DNA of 58,731 bases, the filler included, from Sluysia triapertura (taxonomy: Eukaryota): NCBI GenBank assembly GCA_046118255.1. It is 4 parts of 4 records of this genome, joined end to end, with 100 filler letters (N's around TTAATTAATTAA, not from the genome) between each part and the next. Parts side by side here need not be neighbours in the genome. Positions count along the whole stretch, not along the records: positions 13,204 to 29,165 come from JBJNIA010214032.1; positions 29,266 to 44,824 come from JBJNIA010225128.1; 2 more parts are not named here. The stretch is one strand, 5' to 3'. Position 1 is the first letter of the stretch. Every line of letters starts with the position of its first letter. The notes beneath the pieces are model-generated. The model saw only the letters and a list, made by a program, of their open reading frames with translations. It was not told the DNA's origin and did no database searches. Below, piece after piece: positions 27,955-40,459 of this stretch. Made by a program: the position numbers and the translations under genes.

Positions 27955-29165
27955 TTTTACGAAGTCTAACAGTTTCTCTTTCGTTTTGGATTTATATTTT
28001 TCATGTTCATAAATGACAGTTAAACATGAATATTTAAACAAAAAATGGAGAAATTATTAATTTATTTTACACTAATTATTGTTCATTGTTCAAAATAGTA
28101 TAAATATTATAAAATATTATAAAAATATTATAAAACTCAATTTTCCATGAAAACATATGGTTTTCAATAATTTTTGACTTAAATATTCAATTTAAACTCT
28201 GTTCATATTAAGCAGGGTTCGCATTTACTTTAAATTACACATTTAAACAATGTTAATATTAATAAATAATTCATTTTATTTTAATGAATTATTAACTTTC
28301 AGTAGCACTACTCAAAGTGAGAGATTAAAATTAAAATTATTTTAAAAAATTTTATTATTCAATTATTTGTTAAATATTTTTAAAATTATTTATGTTAGCA
28401 TTAGTATTTTTGCTATTCCTATTACCATTATTATTAGTTATTATTTTTATTATTATTTAAATAACTACCTTTTCTTGACAATAGTGCAGTTACCGATGAT
28501 GTGATAAATTGAAAACCATAGAGTATGTGTTAAAATGACCATTAATTGTAATTCGGTTTATTAGAGTTTACAAAGGAAAAAATAGAATATTAAAAATAAA
28601 TTATATTTTCAAAAAAGTTAAACAAATAATTATTATAAGAAAAAATATTTTTAATAATTTTTTATTTTATTTTAAAATATAATTTTTGTTTGAATAAAAA
28701 TTATAAAAACTGAAATTGTACATATAGAATATGTGCACATTTGAAGTAGCATATCGAATCATATAATGCAAGAAGAACAGTTTCTTATTATCAGAAATAT
28801 AAGCGTTACATTATGACCAAATATCTCTATTTGATTGGTAATTCACGACCAATAGTAATTGGTCTAGTGATTTTAATAAAGATTTTGTAAAGATTCGAAA
28901 GGTAAAAGGAGCAGTAGTGATAATATTAACCTTAAAATTCTGCTAAAGATAAAATTGATATAAGTTAGTATGTAGAGGGCTTTTTGTACTTTAAGATTAA
29001 CATATGGGCGTAGGAGTTTTCGTTATTTTGTTATTCTTATGTTTTTGTATTTTAATTTTATCTTTGTAGTATAATAGTTTGTGATCGAGAGATATGTGCT
29101 TAAGGCACTTACAAAGTTTTAATCCAATACTAGTTATGTGCTTAAGGCACTTAAAATTACAATTT

Positions 29166-29265
29166 NNNNNNNNNNNNNNNNNNNNNNNNNNNNNNNNNNN
29201 NNNNNNNNNTTAATTAATTAANNNNNNNNNNNNNNNNNNNNNNNNNNNNNNNNNNNNNNNNNNNN
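29166..29265. other. Assembly gap with linker
   Basis: N44-TTAATTAATTAA-N44. Confidence 0.97.
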
Positions 29266-30050
29266 TAGTGTTTTTAATTTTATTATAAACATTATTGTCA
29301 TTTTTGTCATTTGAGTGATTATCAGCATTTAGTAAAGATTTTTCATTAATAAAAAATTCTATTACGAATTTTTGTTTAATAGTACAATATCGACTTAATT
29401 TTGATTTTGATCTCAAGAACTTGAATTTGGGATACTAGTTTTTGATATAGTTACAAAAGTAGAACATAATAAAATTATACTTGATATATTAACTATTGAA
29501 ATTATTAAGGTTTAAACTGATCAAGATAATAATAGTGGGTTTAATATTTAACGAGTTTTAAAGATGCAACAATAATATCTAACTGCATAGGTCCAAAACT
29601 TGATAGTTTAAAATTATTTCTTAACAGATCTGTTAACTTATCTTTCCATTTTGTCACATCACAACTTTGAGTACATTTAGATTGTTTCGACTTGTCTTTA
29701 ATACGAACAAGTTTTAGCTTCTCATTATTAAGAATTTCAATTCAATATGACTTTTGATATTAACGATTTGATCTTGCACTCTTAATTTCTTTGATTGATC
29801 AAGATTTATTTTATCAACCAGACAAACTTCTTCAATTAAATAAACTTTTTCAATATTTAGGTTAGTTGATTTAATAATTTCTTCAAATGTAATTCGTCCA
29901 GTAATGCAAAAATTAAATTATTATAAATAACAATTAAAATGCGAGTAATACTATTAAATGTAATTAAAATTATTCCTTCTAATATTTTTATAAAACAACC
30001 TTGTATTTACACTCATACTGGAAAAATGAGTGTAAATTATTACTTACAAA

Positions 30051-30930
30051 TGATTGGACGTCCAATACCAAGACAGCTATGTTGTACATAATTAGAATTA
30101 ATTAGGCGTCCAATCAAGTTATATCAAAAATGATTTGAATAGTGTCTGCCATCGGTAGACAGCAAACATGAAATGTTGAGTTAGCTTTAATTAATCTGTC
30201 TACTGATGACATACAATGAATTAAATTTAGTCGTCAGGCCAATTAAAATAATAATGACCAAAATAAAATAAAATGATTAACATAATAATAATTATGTTAT
30301 TAATATCATAATAATAATAATTAAATAAAATAAAATAATATTAAAATTAAACAAAACTAAGTGTATAAAGTTTATCATTCTTTTCTTTATATAATCTTTC
30401 TTTTGTAAAAATCGTTTTTCTTAACATATTTTCTGAAATATTAATAAATTTAATAAAAGGTATAAATATGGCTAAAGATGAAATGAAATTTTAAAGTTTT
30501 TTAAAGATATAAAAGTTGTAAATGTTGAAAGATTGTGAATTTGAAATGTTTCGAATTAATTTTGAAATGTATATTTGGTACCTTGAGATGTAAAATGTGA
30601 TTCTAGTGTTGTGAAATTATGTGTTAAAAGTGTTTTAATGAAATTTGAAATGTGCATTAATGGTTTGAATATAGTTTTTATGCTGAAATTGTAGATTAAT
30701 ACGTTTTGAATAAAATTTAATGTGCGTTACTGGTTTTGAATGTAGGCGTAATTTTGGTGTTGTAAAATTGTAAATTTAAAATGTTTTGAATTGAGAATAG
30801 TTTTAATGGATCTTAAGAAAAAAATAAAGTATAGAAAAAATTTTGAGACATTTTGAAGAGATAAATGTACAATGTAATAATATAATTTGAATAGCTATTT
30901 GAATCTCGAGTTAGGGGTTGGCCATCATAT
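30051..30930 (-). mobile_element. Long terminal arm C of the double-hairpin cargo element family
   Basis: Hairpin 1 TGATTGGACGTCCAAT/ATTAGGCGTCCAATCA (30051-30116), hairpin 2 TGCCATCGGTAGACAG/CTGTCTACTGATGACA (30147-30211), T/G-skewed tract, terminus GGTTGGCCATCATA. A decayed ORF lies inward on the minus strand (~29715-29910, CITGRITFEEIIKSTNLNIEKVYLIEEVC…). Confidence 0.6.
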
Positions 30931-31035
30931 CGAATACCCTTCTGATGTTGAATTAAATGATTGAGGTCAATCATAATTGCATTTGGATGCAGGTCTAAAA
31001 TGTAATTGACTATAATAAAACAAAATTGCTAGACA

Positions 31036-31084
31036 GGACTGATAGTTCAGTGGGTAGAGCGAGAAGTCTCGGTCAACCCATTTT
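31036..31084 (+). pseudogene. Internally deleted third copy of the tRNA-Ala-like repeat
   Basis: GGACTGATAGTTCAGTGGGTAGAGC…CGGTCAACCCATTTT with homologous upstream (GGTCTAAAATG…AAAATTGCTAGACA) and downstream (GAAGTCCAACA) flanks. Confidence 0.75.
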
Positions 31085-31809
31085 AGGAAGTCCAACAAAG
31101 GTTTATCAAATTAAACTACAAAGTTCTGAATCGTCCTCATTTACAAAGATTCAGTATTTCTTTTTGGCAATTTTAAAATTAAATAATTTTTTACCTGACC
31201 TTTTTTAACACAGCACATTAACGCTTCCTCGGCCCAATAGCAGTTAAATTATCGATTGTGTTTGCATTTCCATCAAAATTCTCTTCAATATAAAATAAAT
31301 CGACAAAACAAAAATAGTTATATTAAAGCTATAACAATACGAAATTTATTTTTTATATAAAATAGACAAAATATAATTGTCGAATAAATACTCGTGTTAC
31401 TAAACATAACTTCCAATTACAATTTCCACAATTTTTTGAGAGCTATTTGAAATTTGATTATATCCATTATCGGCATGGAGAATTCTTTAGATAAGGTATT
31501 GTAGAAAAATTCCGGTGCTTTTTGTCGTATTTCATTTAATTCTTTTAAGAATAAACCATTGGTCTAAATTAATAACCAATGAGAAGTTATTTTAAATAAT
31601 TTAAATTTATTATAACTATAATTGTTTAATAAAGTCTAATGTCGAAATCACAACTTGCTCACATCTTCTCGAATCTTATAATGTTTGTGTACTTCATCGT
31701 TAACTTCAGTAGATGAATTAGTTAATAGGTGCGACCGCTTACTCGTGTTAGTATGTAACATTCTACTGGTACGATATCTGTTTCAATATATAATGATAGT
31801 GATTATTAT

Positions 31810-32190
31810 TAGGATTGGGACTAAAAATTTTACCGGTGCACCGGGAACAGCCCTACTCCGTAATTAAACTCCCACTGAATGATTTAATAATAATGCATTA
31901 TTCAGTTAAATATAATATAATAAAACAAGAATGAAATTTCAAAGTAACGTTATGAATTTCGATGACTTTTTAATAAAATAAAGGTAGAACCAGATGTATA
32001 CATTATACTATATATGTATATTATATAATGTATATATTGAAACACCTACGAACAACTATTATTACAAAATGAAATATGTTTTGTGCTATAAAACATTGAT
32101 TTTCCAATTAGAAATTTATTGTAGAATTTTATTTCAAAAAACACTCAAGAAGGATAATGAAAATTCATGATTTTTAAGACCACTATAGAT
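31810..32190 (+). repeat. Interspersed repeat with hAT-like TAGGGCTG/CAGCCCTA ends; second copy at ~46546-46913
   Basis: Near-identical blocks (TGCACCGGGAACA; TAATTAAACTCCCACTGAATGATTTAATAATAATG; TAATAAAATAAAGGTAGAACCAGATGTATA) at both loci. Confidence 0.85.
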
Positions 32191-32469
32191 AGTGGAATAT
32201 TGTAAAACCAGCGACTATCTCTAATTGGTTTACCAAGTCTTTCGAAAATGCGTATGTTAAAAAAGTGAATGCTGAATGTGATGATTTTCTATGTTTTGAG
32301 ATTAATCCAAAATTTTATGAAGATCTTTTATTTGATCTAGTAGAGAAGTATGAAAAAGAAAGTTCTGAAAAAGAAGATACACTAATGATAGGATACGAAG
32401 CCTATGAGTACGCAAAAAAACTTCAAAAATACTTGGCTAATATTCCTGATAAGATGAACAAAATATGGG

Positions 32470-32772
32470 ATCTGATTGGATTGGTGAAAAATAAAGGTAG
32501 ATATAAAGGTGAAGATTCAAGATAACAGAATAAGGTGAACGCTATTAAAGAATTAAGATAAGGTATTATGATGAATAGTAATAATAAAATAAGCTTATAG
32601 GATACTTGAATTAAAATAAAAGAATGAGAAATATGAATGAATAAACCTTTACAAGGTTTTATTTGTTAAAATATTAAAGTACATTTGTTAATTAATTTCA
32701 TTAAAATTTATTTAATTTGATAATTCAATAAAAATGTTTGCTCATGATATAATGATATTGGATTTAGTGTAT
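32470..32772. repeat. Interspersed repeat; inverted copy at ~43560-43856
   Basis: The reverse complement of 43560-43856 aligns by eye (e.g. AAAAATGTTT.CTCATGATATAATGATATT..ATTTAGTGTAT). The 43.8 kb copy ends in CAATCTCAACA like the LTR-like family. Confidence 0.75.
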
Positions 32773-33889
32773 AATATTGAGTTTTATTAGTATTTTTAAT
32801 CATGAAGTATTATGAAGCACTTCAACGTAGATACGTAAAAATGAGTTATTTTAATTAATTTCTATAATTTAAAGTTAAAGTTAAATATGTTCCAAGTATT
32901 AATAAAGTATATATCAAATTGACGCTTATAAGATACTAATTCAAATGTATTATTGAACTTGACGTACGCCTACGGTTGACGCACAACATATTATACACAA
33001 GATTCCTATAAGAAAAAATTTATTATCTCATTAATTTTATCCTTAAATTAAGTTGACAAATTACGTTATTAGTATAATAGCAATGTAACAATGATTTTAA
33101 ATTTTAATTAGATGATATTAAAAAGATAAGGGGATTGTTTACCACAAGTCCCATTATCTTTAGATAATTAAAATGAGAATGAATTTGAAAATAGACGGAA
33201 ATCGCTGTCGAAATTCAGTCAGTAAAATTGGTCTACTTATTACTGACTAAAATAGAATAGACACCTTTACATTCAGTCATATTCAATTTCTAATTTTTAA
33301 TTCCATACAGCATCATAAAACTGCCATATAAGCAATTATATTTTTGCATAAAATTAGAAATGAAAAACAAGAATTAAGAAAATTAAAGAAAACTTTCTAG
33401 CTGTAGGACGTTACCTTGATTCATCTGTGGTTAACGGTGATATCAAGGCTTATTCCTTAGTAAATGATTAAAATAAGTATTTAAAGTTAGAGGAATAAGG
33501 ATTAGTGAATTATTTTATATTGATTATATTTTGTAATAATATGGGTACGAAAATTTAAATAAATTTTGTCACCCCTGATTAATATTTGTCATTAAAGAAT
33601 AATTCACATTGCTATCAAGAATAATTTGTATTGTTATTGTTATAAAAAATATTTTAGTTTTAATCTTCTGATAATCTAAAGAATATATGGAAATTTTGAA
33701 TTTATTTAGTTATTGAGTTTTAATTTAATAATTTGGGAAAATAAGAGTAATAAAACGACATAAAGATATGAAAATTTCAGCTGTTTTAATTAAAAATTAA
33801 TTAAAATTCTACTTTGCTCAATATTAAAGCTTTTCTCACATTAATCAGTCAAACTTTATTTTATTCTAAATTTAAAGGTTTTATTATGA

Positions 33890-36281
33890 TTGTAAAGTTG
33901 TTTCATACTTTATAAGGTACCCAGGATGCTCTAGATGTTTTCACATTCATCACTCTGATTCATTTCTCTACTTTTTTATTTAAATTATTAATGTATCAAT
34001 TTTACCTTTAATATTATTAACCATGATTTTGATTCTTGAACATTTTAAAGGTTCCAACATTTTACAAGGTTACTCGAAGTTGTCAAAAGTCTTCTTAAGG
34101 GTCTCGATACCCAAAGAAGGTCTTTGGAACTCCAAGATGTTCTACGATTTCAAAATAATTATAAACATTTTGATGTTAATTTTTTTGCTCTAGGAATATT
34201 TAATTATGTTTATATAATCATATTTCAGCTATTTTATATTACATTTTTATATATTTTAAATTTTCTTACCTTTTAACCTATTGTCTATACAATCCCAACA
34301 TATCTCATTCCCGATGAAAACAGCTGACCTCGGACATTAAGAATACGATACAAAAATAGCAAAAAAGAACTATTAATACAAATTGTAATATTGGTGCATA
34401 ATATATAATTTCATTCAAAATATAATTAATAATGAATGAATCTACAATATTAATTTTCCAAGTAAGAAGATCTTTTGTAACACTTTATCTTAAAGAAGTA
34501 CTGGTTAGCAATAAAAGCAGTAGTAGAATATAAAATAATTTATAAAAACTTACGTCATGGAAATCTTAAATCTTAAATAAAAATGTAAAAACCAAAAAGA
34601 ATATTATCTACCAAAGATTGTTAAATTAATAGAATAATATGAAATAATTAAAGAAAAGGACGAAGTTATTTTGCTTCAAAAATATTATAGTCAATCATTT
34701 ATTTTAAAGAGTCTGTTTGAGTACTTATTTTGTAATAAATATTATTACTATTATTTATTATTATTATTACCATTATTATTAGTACTATTATTATTACACC
34801 GGAACACTATTTTATTTATTTTCCACATTTATTTTTGCTAGTTTTTCCTTATACTTTGCAAATTAATTATTTAATTCTAAAGGTCCGCTTACGATGTACG
34901 CTTTAATCCTAAGGAGACGCACTCGTAAGTAACAGCACGTAAACTTAAAGAAGCGTTTCTTTAATTGAAATATATGCAAATATGTACTCTTTGCGAGTAA
35001 TTACTAACAAAGATTGTAAATCTATAGTCTATTAAAAAAATTTATGAGGGTTTTTCTGACAATTAGCTTATGTCCTAACTTTCTTATTTTAAACATTTAT
35101 AAACCTCATTCCCTTCAAAGGTTAATCTCTTAGTCTAAATGGTTAATTCTAGAAAAGAAATCTCTTGTATGAAAATTCCTAAAAGATTCGCATCCTTCAT
35201 TATGGTTATTTTTTAATTTACTCAAGACTATAAAACTTTATATTTATGTTTATTGAGCTTAATAACTGTTTATAAATCCTAAATATCAATTAAAATGTTA
35301 TGCTTACTTAGGTTTTGTCAACTCAGCAATTACTTTAAAAATTAATTAAATGAACGACGCAACACTACAAAATATATATTATCAAAAAACGAAGAATATA
35401 TAACAATTAACTTAAAAAATAATAATAAATTAAAATTATGATTAGAAAATGTTTCTAAAGATGATATTCAGATTTTAAAAGTGATTTTGTGTCTAGCCGA
35501 AAGTAAACATAATGATTAGGATTTTAAGTAGTATTATTATATCTCCTAACAGAGATTAAACTTAACAGAAAAAGCTTACTGATAGTTTCAAAAAATTCTC
35601 GAGCGTAAAATAAAATGAAATCTCTATTCGGGTCACACAGGAATCTAATACGCGAACTTAATAAGCGGACTAAATGCTACTGGCTTAATTGATTTACCAA
35701 ACTGTTAAACACTGAAATTTCTCAGACGAGCAGAAGATCAATATTATCGACAACAAAAACGATTGATTTATCAAGCTCCTTTTAATGTAAGATAATGTAT
35801 TCCTTTTTAGATGTTTCACCTTCACCTCTCTGATTCCTTTTTCTACTTCTCCAAGTTAATTATTACTATGTTAAACTTATCTTTATTATTTCTAGAAAAG
35901 ATTTTATTTCTCAATTATTTCAAAGATTTTATACACTTTACGATATTGCTCGATGATCTTAGATGCTTATCAAGGTTTTAAGAATATTCAAAGGTTAATA
36001 AGATCTTAAATGACCTTAAAGTTCTAAATGTACCTTAATGCTTCTAAAGGTTTTTCAAGTCCATCTCAAACTTCCTTAAGGTCTCAAACCTTTATATAGG
36101 TCCTTAGAACCTTAAGATATTCTTTAACTGCTAAGATTATTATAAATGTTTTCTTTTTCATGATTCTTATTTCAACAGTGTTTATAATACTTCATCTATT
36201 ACTTCTCATCAATTCTTCCTTCATTTGTAATTCTATACGTCTTTTACTCGTCTCCTAATCCAAAGTTGGACAATCTCAACA
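33890..36281. mobile_element. Two LTR-like direct repeats (~33890-34300 and ~35800-36281)
   Basis: Shared blocks TAGATGTTT.CAC.TTCA.C.CTCTGATTC.TTT.TCTACTT and CTT.CTTAAGG.TCTC.A.ACC…GAAC…AAGAT.TTCT. Both end in CAATCYCAACA. No PBS or coding sequence was recognised between them. Confidence 0.5.
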
Positions 36282-36454
36282 ATAATGTAGAACTTGCTAT
36301 TCGTAGAACTATTAAATGTGTGTTATTTGTGACAACTGACAATTGTTAAATTTTTATTTCATAATATTTTTATAATATGTGTGTATATAACAATTACTGA
36401 TTTTGTATTATTGATTTATTAACAATTAATATTTGGAATTTTAAAAGAGTAAGA

Positions 36455-38410
36455 GACTTATAGAATAAAATAAAACTTTTTACGTTAGCCTACCAACGTA
36501 CTAGGCTTTTAAAGAAAATGTTTTTTAATTGAAGATGGGAATAACTTTCTAAGGTTCTATCTAAAGTGTCTGCGAATATAATATTAAGATACTTTTAACT
36601 CAATGAGACTATTCAAATATTTTGCTGTCTGAAAAAATAACAATTCAAAATTTAAATACTTAAATGCTTGTTAGTCAAATTTATTTGAGTTCTGGAGGTA
36701 TTTTAAATATAATTTTATTAGTAATAAAATGGTTCTAAAATAGTTTACGCAAATCCTATGAAAAGGATTTATAATGAATGATTTTAATATCAGATAAAAT
36801 TCTGATAAAAACTTTGCTACAGTATTGGTTTTATAAATATAAAGTTAATTGTTAATAATAAAAATCTCAAGTAATTTATATTCATAAATTATACACTCAA
36901 TATCTATATCACAAGGGTGATATAGATATTGATAAATATGTTACGAAGAATTAATCTTAGTTAATTCTTTAAATAATATTTTAGCATTGTATTTTGCGTG
37001 AAACTATTAAAAGTTTCGAAATTGATTACAAAATTTTATTTTACGTGGATACTTATTGTATCCAAATTTAATATAATAAACTAACGTAAATATTTGTGTA
37101 AAAGAAATCTGGCAGGTCCTTTCTGGAAAACAATTTTGTCTCAATGTCCAATTTTCCAAATGAAATATTTGTAACACTAGTTGTCTCTTCTTTAAACTAT
37201 AAAAGTTATGTGTAATTGTGAGTTTTATGCATGTTTATGTACCTAATTTAACTTACCTTGGCCAGATTAAAACAAAAATATTTATTTTAATCATTAAAAC
37301 AAAAATAATTCGATTAATAATTTAAAACATATTAAAGTTTACATATAATTTAATTAATAAAATTACTTACGCTAGTTTTATTTTGATTAATTTAAATCCA
37401 ACTTTAAATATTAATAATAAAAAAATAATTATAATAAAACAATAATTAATCCAATTCAAATAATAAAAATCAATAATTTTGTTAATCAATAATATAATTA
37501 TGTGCACGCGATCATAGTTCACATTGTTATATACAAATAGTTAGACAAATTGTTAGCATGTTACAACTAATGTTAATGTTACATCTTTATTAAAATCAAT
37601 TACTTTTGATCGAAATAAACTGGACTAAAATTTTAATACTTCAACTAACATAAGTATTTTATATTATTAAATAAAATAATCATAAAATATTTTTTGCTGT
37701 TTTAACGAAGACCAAGGTCAACACAAAAATACATACTCAAACGTATAAGTCACACGTAAAAAACTCTTAAAGTAACAGAATTAAAAATCTTTATAAAGAT
37801 TAGTTGCAAGAAGGCATTCAATAAATTTATTTACATCCAGGATTTTGTTGTTTTTTAAAGATATAATTTACGTTAGTTCATTTTATTAAGATCTTGATAC
37901 TAATAAATATCCATCGTAAAATAAACTTAAAATTTTCATTTTGTAAAGATTTTAGAAACTTTTTAATTGTTTCCATGTAAGATATTTTTAAATTTCTCTA
38001 TTTAAAATTAACTGAGATATTAGTTAATTATCGTAAATTCTTATTTATATCTATTGAATTGTTGTAATTTAATTGTGAATATATGGTTATTTAAAAGAGA
38101 AGTTTTTAATCGCCGTACATTAAAGCTTTATCAGAATTTAATTCTGACTTCGCAAAATCAATTTAAATAAATCCTTTTCATAGGATTATCGCAAAATATC
38201 ATAATTAACCTATAATAATTACAAAATTCCATAACCACCAGAATTCATTTCACGATTAATCTAAAAGTACTTGAGGGATGACCAACGAGCATTAAGAAGT
38301 TTTTAATCTTCAATTAAAATTGTTTTATTTAAAATCCAACGGCTATCCCTAACCGGTAAGCCTAGTACGTTGGTGGACTCATGTATAAGTTTTACTTTAT
38401 TCTATAAGTA
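36455..38410. repeat. ~2 kb imperfect palindrome (two ~850-900 bp inverted arms)
   Basis: Collinear inverted matches: CCAACGTACTAGGCTT / AAGCCTAGTACGTTGG; AATCCTATGAAAAGGATTTAT / ATAAATCCTTTTCATAGGATT; AACTAACGTAAAT / ATTTACGTTAGTT; ACCTTGG / CCAAGGT. Confidence 0.8.
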
Positions 38411-38689
38411 AAATCTCAGCAATAATAATAATGATAATGATACGTTTTATAATAATATTAATAATAATATACTTTTAATAATTTAATAATAATAATTCAT
38501 TTGACAACTATTCTATTATTAAAATATTACACTAATGCATTAATAAATTATATGAAATTTTACATAAATTACGCACAAACTTAAAATTACTTGAAAACTA
38601 CATATTTACAGAAAGAAAGTAGCAGAACATATAACATTTAAATCAAATGATGTACGTTGAAACTTTATAAAGTAGAGATAAAAATTATG

Positions 38690-39342
38690 ATACCAAGCAG
38701 CAAAGATAAATTCGTCAAAGCCAAAAACAATATAAAGAAAACAATCTAAATTTGGTATCAATATGGCTGACCAAATGGCGCAAAAAATAGTGTCAAATGC
38801 AATTGCAGTAGATGGCTTGTACAAGTATTTTTTAATATTATGGATTTCGCTGGAAATAATGTATTGATATTTTATCAGGAAACAACTGGGTTGAAGATAT
38901 TAAGGCAACGTTTTTTGTTACAATTAACAGATGAGCTCGTTACAGAGTACCACGAATTTTTTGGAGGTAAAGAAGAGGAAAACCAACGATAAGGAACATC
39001 AAGAATCTCCAACAATAATTCACAAACACAGAAAAAATGCCAAATAAGATTTTGAACAGGCAATAAAACAACTCAAATTTGTATAATTTTTAAAAAATTT
39101 GTTTGCGGGTAACTTGCAAAGGAAAAACCAATTATCTATAAAAATGTAATTAATTGATAATTTTGTTTATAAAAATAAAAATATTTGATTATTTCATTCG
39201 AAATAAGAAATTATCTTGCAAATTATTTCCTTTAATAAATTAGGAAATTCTTTCTGAAAATCAACGCTTATTTCATAAGGGTCCAAACGACCTCTCGTGG
39301 TAAGAATAGATATGTGAAAGGTACAGGTACATTTAGTGTTAA
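38690..39342 (+). mobile_element. piggyBac (PGBD4-like) transposase 3' remnant and right end
   Basis: QSKFGINMADQMA…SVKCNCSRWLVQVFFNIMDFAG…RQRFLLQLTDEL; degenerate Cys-rich domain KKCQIRF*TGNKTTQIC…KKFVCG; end GGTACATTTAGTG-TTAA. Confidence 0.85.
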
Positions 39343-40459
39343 TCATTTTTGAGTACTTATTTTATAGTAGATATCTATTTATAAATCAATATATTATTCT
39401 TATATACCCTTTTCTTTCTTTAAAGAAATTAAAGTTATAATTGTAAAATTAAACAGAATCACCGAAGCAATTTTTATGTAAATTTAATTTATTTTTAAAA
39501 ATAGTTTGTAATTTTCAAATTTAAAAAATAAAACAATTTTATTATAATAAACTTAATTAATCAAATTAAAATTTGTTATAGTTTTTATCATAAAAATAAA
39601 ATCATGTTTCTATTAATGTTTTTAAATAAGTGTATTTTTGGTTGTTTTTATCTGCATTAATTATGAGTTTTAAAATCACTTAAAATGCATTTATTATTTT
39701 TAATGGAGATTAAAATATTTGATTATTTTTTTAATTTTAATAGAATTTTAGTTTACTTTAATTTGTCTGATTGTTTACCCTAATAAATGCATTTATACAT
39801 ACACATATAATACATACATACATAATACATACATTTATGTAATAGTGATTTGATGATGGTTTCGAGGGTACATACGTTTTGAGTGTTCGGATTAGTTTAT
39901 TTGAAATAATTTTCGGTGAATAGAACTTGATGTCTATTTGCTCGATAATAGAGCTTGTGGTGGAATTTATTTGAGGTATCCAGAGTCAATTTTTATGTTT
40001 ATTCAGAAAGCTGATTCCAGGTCACAACAACATCTCTTATGATCACTATCACTTAATCTGACAATTATCCATTCATGTATAATTTATGTAACATTATGAC
40101 ATAATATTAAAGTTGCATGCTTACGATGATTTCATCATCGTTATGGCGGTGAAGGTTCTATGATTATATCAGTTTACATAAAATAATATATCCAATCTTG
40201 TGATGTCGATTAAACTGTTTAAGAATTGTAAGTGTTGTGATGTATTACATTTTAATAATATCACAATCCGAGTTAACTTAATATTATCATAAAGTAAAAA
40301 ATAAATATCTTTGTGATTTAATCTCAATGTTTACAAGAAGCCATAAAACCAAAATTTACATGAAATTTTATTTGATAAGTACATATAAATTACAAAAATT
40401 GTCCCATAGGATGTGCCACGTATTGATATTATTCCACTACCTGAATAAAAATGAAAAAA

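Noticed and set aside
32265-32525. 86-aa acidic ORF (possible pogo/Tigger C-terminus)
   Set aside because: It sits between and overlaps interspersed repeats and has no diagnostic motif, so it cannot be assigned.
33414-34558. Apparent phase-compatible mini-exon chain (MTSAVFIGNEICWDCIDNRLKG…)
   Set aside because: The middle 'exon' straddles the end of an LTR-like repeat, has a poor GAG acceptor, and the chain hits a stop after ~32 codons.
35035-35070. Minus-strand NPHK match, a possible GAD PLP-lysine exon
   Set aside because: The context reads ANCQKNPHKFF* rather than SVTWNPHK..G..LQCS, with an immediate stop; chance match.
38606-39063. Minus-strand hydrophobic ORFs resembling a membrane protein
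   Set aside because: They are the antisense shadow of the plus-strand piggyBac transposase remnant.
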